This document shows positions 54,573 to 64,000 of a stretch of DNA of 64,000 nucleotides, in pieces; within the stretch, counting starts at the first letter, position 1; each line of letters starts with the position of its first letter. The position numbers were made by a program, and so were the translations under genes. The DNA is from Antedon mediterranea (taxonomy: Eukaryota; Animalia; Echinodermata). Below the pieces are notes generated by a model, which did no database searches, was not told the origin of the DNA, and was given only the letters and a program-made list of their open reading frames with translations. The stretch lies in the NCBI RefSeq assembly GCF_964355755.1, contig NC_092674.1, positions 15,686,001 through 15,750,000 of the forward strand, given 5' to 3'.

Positions 54573-55056
54573 ATTTAGGTTATTCGTCGTTCGGATAATA
54601 GTCGAATGGTAGCTTTTCAGATAATTCAGTTGACTTTAATAGTTGAATGCCGTAGAAATCAAAGGCACACCATTTTATAAATGTCTTTGTCGGTTAGATA
54701 TTAATGAAAGAACAAGAAAAACACAATAGAAACAATGGCTGCGTTGAGTAACGCGGGCGCAATCGCAACAATAAACAATTTTAAAACAATAGAAACGGTA
54801 AAGCAAAGAAAGCAGATGACACTTTAATGATTTGTCGGTATGAAATTACAACTTCCAATACTATTAAAAACAACTAGCATTTAAATTTAGTTGATATGAA
54901 AATATGTTTGAGAATAGACTACAGTTAATGTAAGTTACAGAAGAGTATATTACTATTTACATTATGACACTGTAACTGAATATAAATACCAGAATGACAC
55001 TTGTACAACGATACCAAGCCAATATGTCAGCTAAGAAGGTGGTATGGCGTTTAAGC

Positions 55057-55222
55057 ATACTTACCTGGCACAGGAGCGACTTTGATCAGGAAGGAATGTC
55101 CTCCCAAGATGAGGCCTCAGCATTGCACACACGGCTGCGGTTGACCCTTGCGATTCCCCCAAACGTGGGGAACTCGGGTGTATAATTTATGGTAGCGGGG
55201 GACTGCGTTCGCGCTAACCCCA
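55057..55222 (+). ncRNA. U1: U1 snRNA (3'-end C>A)
   Basis: Same motifs. Confidence 0.96.
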
Positions 55223-55580
55223 ACCCCAATTCGACATTAATATTAGATAAGCCTATGCAGTTCACGATAATCGTTAGTTTAATTAAGAACACTTGATATA
55301 TAACTATTTATGGTTACATTATCTGTTTTGAAACTTTGTTGGTTTGTAACTATTTATTTTCCCTTAACAACTATTGGTATAGCATATTGACAGGCGTTGA
55401 ACGCTTCATAATTATTTCGAAGCGTACGAAGAATAATATCAAACTCTAGATTAAACAAAATCAAGTAGTCTATTATAGAACTTACGTATTTAAATAATTT
55501 TATTACTTTCTGTTAAACGATAATTATATTTCACTTACAATATGTATTAAATGCTATTTATTTATAGATATTTTATTTAT

Positions 55581-56436
55581 TTACATGTCATATTGTTCTT
55601 GTCGAAGAAGTTTGGCGATAGAAAACCTTTGACATTTTAGACTCAATGATGAAGACGTAGTATGTACAGCGTTTAATTGTTCTGTTTCAGTTTGTAAGCA
55701 ATGCTGTTTTTCTTCGCCATTTCTATCGCTGCAATTCAAGTGGTTTATGGATTGGAGATCTAGCTCCATCGGTGCATTGCGTGATATCGTATACAGGTAT
55801 GCCACCCACTCGTTGTAAGTGTTGGATGTTACGTGGTACTTCGTTCCATTCATTCACTATAATGATATATGGCAGATAGTATTGCCAACCGTCTGTCAAT
55901 CGATACCTATAACAAGAAAACAACATTATTTATTAATAACGATGATCATGTAAATAAATAATAAGGATAATCAATGGTATTTCTGTTAAAATTACAAATG
56001 TAAGGAGCATTAATAGTAAAATGACAAAAGTACTGTAACCGAATAAGTAATGTAAGTAAGTTGCAGGCAGTGAGTTTTATTTAAGAAAAGGTTATTACAA
56101 ATAATGTGGTAGAAAGAAGTTTCGTATCGATCAGTAAATTACCTGTAAAGGCCAACATTGTTATTGCAATGAATAAGTTGGTTTAATAATGTAAATCACA
56201 TACCTGTGTCTGTCAACCTTTTCGATATACGGAGATTCACTGAAGATCTGACGAACACATTCTCTGACATTCCTCATATTATACTTCTCCGGACAAATTG
56301 TATCAATAATGTGCAGCACGTTTAGAGAACCGCTGGTAGTATCTGGACAACGGAGAAGAGCCGCCACAACAAGTTCTTGAAATGAGAGAGGCATCATCAA
56401 TGTATCGGTGAGATCGGAGAACATCATGCAAGACAT
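55581..56436 (-). pseudogene. Forkhead-like gene with 4-bp duplication frameshift in exon 2
   Basis: CATTCATT at 55847-55854. Confidence 0.6.
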
Positions 56437-56920
56437 ATTTAGGTTATTCGTCGTTCGGATAATAGTCGAATGGTAGCTTTTCAGATAATTCAGTTGACTT
56501 TAATAGTTGAATGCCGTAGAAATCAAAGGCACACCATTTTATAAATGTCTTTGTCGGTTAGATATTAATGAAAGAACAAGAAAAACACAATAGAAACAAT
56601 GGCTGCGTTGAGTAACGCGGGCGCAATCGCAACAATAAACAATTTTAAAACAATAGAAACGGTAAAGCAAAGAAAGCAGATGACACTTTAATGATTTGTC
56701 GGTATGAAATTACAACTTCCAATACTATTAAAAACAACTAGCATTTAAATTTAGTTGATATGAAAATATGTTTGAGAATAGACTACAGTTAATGTAAGTT
56801 ACAGAAGAGTATATTACTATTTACATTATGACACTGTAACTGAATATAAATACCAGAATGACACTTGTACAACGATACCAAGCCAATATGTCAGCTAAGA
56901 AGGTGGTATGGCGTTTAAGC

Positions 56921-57086
56921 ATACTTACCTGGCACAGGAGCGACTTTGATCAGGAAGGAATGTCCTCCCAAGATGAGGCCTCAGCATTGCACACACGGCT
57001 ACGGTTGACCCTTGCGATTCCCCCAAACGTGGGGAACTCGGGTGTATAATTTATGGTAGCGGGGGACTGCGTTCGCGCTAACCCCC
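56921..57086 (+). ncRNA. U1: U1 snRNA (SL2 stem G>A at 57001)
   Basis: cggctacgg. Confidence 0.95.
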
Positions 57087-57444
57087 ACCCCAATTCGACA
57101 TTAATATTAGATAAGCCTATGCAGTTCACGATAATCGTTAGTTTAATTAAGAACACTTGATATATAACTATTTATGGTTACATTATCTGTTTTGAAACTT
57201 TGTTGGTTTGTAACTATTTATTTTCCCTTAACAACTATTGGTATAGCATATTGACAGGCGTTGAACGCTTCATAATTATTTCGAAGCGTACGAAGAATAA
57301 TATCAAACTCTAGATTAAACAAAATCAAGTAGTCTATTATAGAACTTACGTATTTAAATAATTTTATTACTTTCTGTTAAACGATAATTATATTTCACTT
57401 ACAATATGTATTAAATGCTATTTATTTATAGATATTTTATTTAT

Positions 57445-58296
57445 TTACATGTCATATTGTTCTTGTCGAAGAAGTTTGGCGATAGAAAACCTTTGACATT
57501 TTAGACTCAATGATGAAGACGTAGTATGTACAGCGTTTAATTGTTCTGTTTCAGTTTGTAAGCAATGCTGTTTTTCTTCGCCATTTCTATCGCTGCAATT
57601 CAAGTGGTTTATGGATTGGAGATCTAGCTCCATCGGTGCATTGCGTGATATCGTATACAGGTATGCCACCCACTCGTTGTAAGTGTTGGATGTTACGTGG
57701 TACTTCGTTCCATTCACTATAATGATATATGGCAGATAGTATTGCCAACCGTCTGTCAATCGATACCTATAACAAGAAAACAACATTATTTATTAATAAC
57801 GATGATCATGTAAATAAATAATAAGGATAATCAATGGTATTTCTGTTAAAATTATAAATGTAAGGAGCATTACTAGTAAAATGACAAAAGTACTGTAACC
57901 GAATAAGTAATGTAAGTAAGTTGCAGGCAGTGAGATTTATTTAAGAAAAGGTTATTACAAATAATGTGGTAGAAAGAAGTTTCGTATCGATCAGTAAATT
58001 ACCTGTAAAGGCCAACATAGTTATTGCAATGAATAAGTTGGTTTAATAATGTAAATCACATACCTGTGTCTGTCAACCTTTTCGATATACGGAGATTCAC
58101 TGAAGATCGGACGAACACATTCTCTGACATTCCCCATATTATACTTCTCCGGACAAATTTTATCAATAATGTGCAGCACGTATAGAGAACCGCTGGTAGT
58201 ATCTGGACAACGGAGAAGAGCCGCCACAACAAGTTCTTGAAATGAGAGAGGCATAATCAATGTATCGGTGAGATCGGAGAACATCATGCAAGACAT
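57445..58296 (-). CDS. Forkhead-like gene, ORF intact but TATA box disrupted by an insertion
   Basis: Substitutions M14I, N39Y, R55G, Q63P; insert at 58401. Confidence 0.6.
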
Positions 58297-58400
58297 ATTT
58301 AGGTTATTCGTCGTTCGGATAATAGTCGAATGGTAGCTTTTCAGATAATTCAGTTGACTTTAATAGTTGAATGCCGTAGAAATCAAAGGCACACCATTTT

Positions 58401-58662
58401 ATTATTATTATTATTATTGTTATTATTTATTGCCAAAAACCAGTTACAAACAAACAAAACACAGAAACTAAGGGAGTAGGCAGGAACCTAAAAGTGAACC
58501 TAATCACTATAACAAGAGTTCAGGTTCCGTACTCCCAAAGTAACAACAATGATATAAAATAAACTATATAAAAATATTTAAAAAACAAATAGACGAATCA
58601 ACAGTGTCAATATAAAATAAACGGATAAAGTACATAATAGTAAAAGTACATTATAGTAAACA
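58401..58662 (-). mobile_element. 262-bp retroposon 3' fragment with (TAA)n tail and subterminal stem-loop
   Basis: (ATT)n at the left end; inverted repeats GGGAGTA/TACTCCC and GGAACCT/AGGTTCC at 58472-58536; absent from the other units except 60523. Confidence 0.75.
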
Positions 58663-59042
58663 ATAAATGTCTTTGTCGGTTAGATATTAATGAAAGAACA
58701 AGAAAAACACAATAGAAACAATGGCTGCGTTGAGTAACGCGGGCGCAATCGCAACAATAAACAATTTTAAAACAATAGAAACGGTAAAGCAAAGAAAGCA
58801 GATGACACTTTAATGATTTGTCGGTATGAAATTACAACTTCCAATACTATTAAAAACAACTAGCATTTAAATTTAGTTGATATGAAAATATGTTTGAGAA
58901 TAGACTACAGTTAATGTAAGTTACAGAAGAGTATATTACTATTTACATTATGACACTGTAACTGAATATAAATACCAGAATGACACTTGTACAACGATAC
59001 CAAGCCAATATGTCAGCTAAGAAGGTGGTATGGCGTTTAAGC

Positions 59043-59208
59043 ATACTTACCTGGCACAGGAGCGACTTTGATCAGAAAGGAATGTCCTCCCAAGATGAGG
59101 CCTCAGCATTGCACACACGGCTGCGGTTGACCTTTGCGATTCCCCCAAACGTGGGGAACTCGGGTGTATAATTTATGGTAGCGGGGGACTGCGTTCGCGC
59201 TAACCCCA
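59043..59208 (+). ncRNA. U1: U1 snRNA variant (SL1 loop GAUCAGAAAG; SL2 C>U; 3' C>A)
   Basis: atcagaaagg; gacctttgc. Confidence 0.94.
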
Positions 59209-59566
59209 ACCCCAATTCGACATTAATATTAGATAAGCCTATGCAGTTCACGATAATCGTTAGTTTAATTAAGAACACTTGATATATAACTATTTATGGT
59301 TACATTATCTGTTTTGAAACTTTGTTGGTTTGTAACTATTTATTTTCTCTTAACAACTATTGGTATAGCATATTGACAGGCGTTGAACGCTTCATAATTA
59401 TTTCGAAGCGTACGAAGAATAATATCAAACTCTAGATTAAACAAAATCAAGTAGTCTATTATAGAACTTACGTATTTAAATAATTTTATTACTTTCTGTT
59501 AAACGATAATTATATTTCACTTACAATATGTATTAAATGCTATTTATTTATAGATATTTTATTTAT

Positions 59567-60418
59567 TTACATGTCATATTGTTCTTGTCGAAGAAGTTTG
59601 GCGATAGAAAACCTTTGACATTTTAGACTCAATGATGAAGACGTAGTATGTACAGCGTTTAATTGTTCTGTTTCAGTTTGTAAGCAATGCTGTTTTTCTT
59701 CGCCATTTCTATCGCTGCAATTCAAGTGGTTTATGGATTGGAGATCTAGCTCCATCGGTGCATTGCGTGATATCGTATACAGGTATGCCACCCACTCGTT
59801 GTAAGTGTTGGATGTTACGTGGTACTTCGTTCCATTCACTATAATGATATATGGCAGATAGTATTGCCAACCGTCTGTCAATCGATACCTATAACAAGAA
59901 AACAACATTATTTATTAATAACGATGATCATGTAAATAAATAATAAGGATAATCAATGGTATTTCTGTTAAAATTATAAATGTAAGGAGCATTACTAGTA
60001 AAATGACAAAAGTACTGTAACCGAATAAGTAATGTAAGTAAGTTGCAGGCAGTGAGTTTTATTTAAGAAAAAATTATTACAAATAATGTGGTAGAAAGAA
60101 GTTTCGTATCGATCAGTAAATTACCTGTAAAGGCCAACATAGTTATTGCAATGAATAAGTTGGTTTAATAATGTAAATCACATACCTGTGTCTGTCAACC
60201 TTTTCGATATACGGAGATTCACTGAAGATCGGACGAACACATTCTCTGACATTCCCCATATTATACTTCTCCGGACAAATTTTATCAATAATGTGCAGCA
60301 CGTTTAGAGAACCGCTGGTAGTATCTGGACAACGGAGAAGAGCCGCCACAACAAGTTCTTGAAATGAGAGAGGCATAATCAATGTATCGGTGAGATCGGA
60401 GAACATCATGCAAGACAT
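59567..60418 (-). CDS. Forkhead-like gene, ORF intact but TATA box disrupted by an insertion
   Basis: M14I, R55G, Q63P; insert at 60523. Confidence 0.6.
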
Positions 60419-60522
60419 ATTTAGGTTATTCGTCGTTCGGATAATAGTCGAATGGTAGCTTTTCAGATAATTCAGTTGACTTTAATAGTTGAATGCCGTA
60501 GAAATCAAAGGCACACCATTTT

Positions 60523-60783
60523 ATTATTATTATTATTATTGTTATTATTTATTGCCAAAAACCAGTTACAAACAAACAAACACAGAAACTAAGGGAGTAG
60601 GCAGGAACCTAAAAGTGAACCTAATCACTATAACAAGAGTTCAGGTTCCGTACTCCCAAAGTAACAACAATGATATAAAATAAACTATATAAAAATATTT
60701 AAAAAACAAATAGACGAATCAACAGTGTCAATATAAAATAAACGGATAAAGTACATAATAGTAAAAGTACATTATAGTAAACA
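60523..60783 (-). mobile_element. 261-bp second copy of the retroposon fragment (same site; duplicated with its unit)
   Basis: Near-identical to 58401..58662, one A shorter. Confidence 0.75.
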
Positions 60784-61163
60784 ATAAATGTCTTTGTCGG
60801 TTAGATATTAATGAAAGAACAAGAAAAACACAATAGAAACAATGGCTGCGTTGAGTAACGCGGGCGCAATCGCAACAATAAACAATTTTAAAACAATAGA
60901 AACGGTAAAGCAAAGAAAGCAGATGACACTTTAATGATTTGTCGGTATGAAATTACAACTTCCAATACTATTAAAAACAACTAGCATTTAAATTTAGTTG
61001 ATATGAAAATATGTTTGAGAATAGACTACAGTTAATGTAAGTTACAGAAGAGTATATTACTATTTACATTATGACACTGTAACTGAATATAAATACCAGA
61101 ATGACACTTGTACAACGATACCAAGCCAATATGTCAGCTAAGAAGGTGGTATGGCGTTTAAGC

Positions 61164-61329
61164 ATACTTACCTGGCACAGGAGCGACTTTGATCAGAAAG
61201 GAATGTCCTCCCAAGATGAGGCCTCAGCATTGCACACACGGCTGCGGTTGACCCTTGCGATTCCCCCAAACGTGGGGAACTCGGGTGTATAATTTATGGT
61301 AGCGGGGGACTGCGTTCGCGCTAACCCCA
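61164..61329 (+). ncRNA. U1: U1 snRNA variant (SL1 loop GAUCAGAAAG)
   Basis: gatcagaaag. Confidence 0.94.
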
Positions 61330-61687
61330 ACCCCAATTCGACATTAATATTAGATAAGCCTATGCAGTTCACGATAATCGTTAGTTTAATTAAGAACACT
61401 TGATATATAACTATTTATGGTTACATTATCTGTTTTGAAACTTTGTTGGTTTGTAACTATTTATTTTCCCTTAACAACTATTGGTATAGCATATTGACAG
61501 GCGTTGAACGCTTCATAATTATTTCGAAGCGTACGAAGAATAATATCAAACTCTAGATTAAACAAAATCAAGTAGTCTATTATAGAACTTACGTATTTAA
61601 ATAATTTTATTACTTTCTGTTAAACGATAATTATATTTCACTTACAATATGTATTAAATGCTATTTATTTATAGATATTTTATTTAT

Positions 61688-62539
61688 TTACATGTCATAT
61701 TGTTCTTGTCGAAGAAGTTTGGCGATAGAAAACCTTTGACATTTTAGACTCAATGATGAAGACGTAGTATGTACAGCGTTTAATTGTTCTGTTTCAGTTT
61801 GTAAGCAATGCTGTTTTTCTTCGCCATTTCTATCGCTGCAATTCAAGTGGTTTATGGATTGGAGATCTAGCTCCATCGGTGCATTGCGTGATATCGTATA
61901 CAGGTATGCCACCCACTCGTTGTAAGTGTTGGATGTTACGTGGTACTTCGTTCCATTCACTATAATGATATATGGCAGATAGTATTGCCAACCGTCTGTC
62001 AATCGATACCTATAACAAGAAAACAACATTATTTATTAATAACGATGATCATGTAAATAAATAATAAGGATAATCAATGGTATTTCTGTTAAAATTACAA
62101 ATGTAAGGAGCATTACTAGTAAAATGACAAAAGTACTGTAACCGAATAAGTAATGTAAGTAAGTTGCAGGCAGTGAGTTTTATTTAAGAAAAGGTTATTA
62201 CAAATAATGTGGTAGAAAGAAGTTTCGTATCGATCAGTAAATTACCTGTAAAGGCCAACATTGTTATTGCAATGAATAAGTTGGTTTAATAATGTAAATC
62301 ACATACCTGTGTCTGTCAACCTTTTCGATATACGGAGATTCACTGAAGATCTGACGAACACATTCTCTGACATTCCTCATATTATACTTCTCCGGACAAA
62401 TTGTATCAATAATGTGCAGCACGTTTAGAGAACCGCTGGTAGTATCTGGACAACGGAGAAGAGCCGCCACAACAAGTTCTTGAAATGAGAGAGGCATCAT
62501 CAATGTATCGGTGAGATCGGAGAACATCATGCAAGACAT
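61688..62539 (-). CDS. Forkhead-like two-exon gene, intact copy (K46T)
   Basis: Same structure. Confidence 0.7.
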
Positions 62540-63023
62540 ATTTAGGTTATTCGTCGTTCGGATAATAGTCGAATGGTAGCTTTTCAGATAATTCAGTTGA
62601 CTTTAATAGTTGAATGCCGTAGAAATCAAAGACACACCATTTTATAAATGTCTTTGTCGGTTAGATATTAATGAAAGAACAAGAAAAACACAATAGAAAC
62701 AATGGCTGCGTTGAGTAACGCGGGCGCAATCGCAACAATAAACAATTTTAAAACAATAGAAACGGTAAAGCAAAGAAAGCAGATAACACTTTAATGATTT
62801 GTCGGTATGAAATTACAACTTCCAATACTATTAAAAACAACTAGCATTTAAATTTAGTTGATATGAAAATATGTTTGAGAATAGACTACAGTTAATGTAA
62901 GTTACAGAAGAGTATATTACTATTTACATTATGACACTGTAACTGAATATAAATACCAGAATGACACTTGTACAACGATACCAAGCCAATATGTCAGCTA
63001 AGAAGGTGGTATGGCGTTTAAGC

Positions 63024-63189
63024 ATACTTACCTGGCACAGGAGCGACTTTGATCAGAAAGGAATGTCCTCCCAAGATGAGGCCTCAGCATTGCACACACG
63101 GCTGCGGTTGACCCTTGCGATTCCCCCAAACGTGGGGAACTCGGGTGTATAATTTATGGTAGCGGGGGACTGCGTTCGCGCTAACCCCA
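63024..63189 (+). ncRNA. U1: U1 snRNA variant (SL1 loop GAUCAGAAAG)
   Basis: gatcagaaag. Confidence 0.94.
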
Positions 63190-63547
63190 ACCCCAATTCG
63201 ACATTAATATTAGATAAGCCTATGCAGTTCACGATAATCGTTAGTTTAATTAAGAACACTTGATATATAACTATTTATGGTTACATTATCTGTTTTGAAA
63301 CTTTGTTGGTTTGTAACTATTTATTTTCTCTTAACAACTATTGGTATAGCATATTGACAGGCGTTGAACGCTTCATAATTATTTCGAAGCGTACGAAGAA
63401 TAATATCAAACTCTAGATTAAACAAAATCAAGTAGTCTATTATAGAACTTACGTATTTAAATAATTTTATTACTTTCTGTTAAACGATAATTATATTTCA
63501 CTTACAATATGTATTAAATGCTATTTATTTATAGATATTTTATTTAT

Positions 63548-64000
63548 TTACATGTCATATTGTTCTTGTCGAAGAAGTTTGGCGATAGAAAACCTTTGAC
63601 ATTTTAGACTCAATGATGAAGACGTAGTATGTACAGCGTTTAATTGTTCTGTTTCAGTTTGTAAGCAATGTTGTTTTTCTTCGCCATTTCTATCGCTGCA
63701 ATTCAAGTGGTTTATGGATTGGAGATCTAGCTCCATCGGTGCATTGCGTGATATCGTATACAGGTATGCCACCCACTCGTTGTAAGTGTTGGATGTTACG
63801 TGGTACTTCGTTCCATTCACTATAATGATATATGGCAGATAGTATTGCCAACCGTCCTGTCAATCGATACCTATAACAAGAAAACAACATTATTTATTAA
63901 TAACGATGATCATGTAAATAAATAATAAGGATAATCAATGGTATTTCTGTTAAAATTACAAATGTAAGGAGCATTACTAGTAAAATGACAAAAGTACTGT
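63548..64000 (-). pseudogene. Forkhead-like gene exon 2 with 1-bp insertion frameshift; exon 1 lies outside the window
   Basis: accgtcctgt at 63851-63860 (extra C; could be a sequencing error). Confidence 0.5.

Larger units (their letters stand above)
1..64000. repeat. Tandem array (macrosatellite) of ~1860-bp units, each with a U1 snRNA gene and a forkhead-like gene; extends beyond both window ends
   Basis: Lines at 1, 1861, 3721, 5581 and 7441 are identical, and the same ORF set recurs every 1860 bp. Variant unit lengths of 1847, 1697, 1858, 1857, 1864, 978, 3363, 2122 and 2121 bp are explained by the indels listed. Confidence 0.99.

Noticed and set aside
1-64000. CRISPR array, plasmid or viral concatemer, or pure assembly artefact
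   Set aside because: There is no short repeat-spacer pattern and no replication genes. Units carry shared, nested SNPs, indels and insertions consistent with a real chromosomal array, although exact copy number may be imperfectly assembled.

Overview
Eukaryotic (animal-like, AT-rich) macrosatellite. The whole window is a head-to-tail array of about 34.5 units, with a basic unit of 1860 bp. Each unit carries two things. (i) On the + strand, a ~166-nt U1 spliceosomal snRNA gene: 32 full-length copies, one interrupted by a LINE, and one SL4-only remnant. (ii) On the - strand, transcribed divergently from U1, a predicted two-exon gene that the ORF track shows as two unrelated ORFs (91 aa and 113 aa). 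These join in frame through a 297-nt phase-2 GT-AG intron to give a 184-aa protein with a divergent forkhead/winged-helix-like N-terminal domain and a C-terminal eh1-like motif (FSIAKLL). It has a TATA box at -31, an Inr-like site and AATAAA at the stop codon. The array also holds recurrent deletion alleles that truncate the protein before eh1, a 7277-bp higher-order duplication, an 882-bp deletion, a 1.5-kb 5'-truncated LINE in one U1 gene, and a 262-bp retroposon fragment in the TATA box of two units. Protein family calls come from visual motif matching only. No database search was run, and expression and species are unknown.
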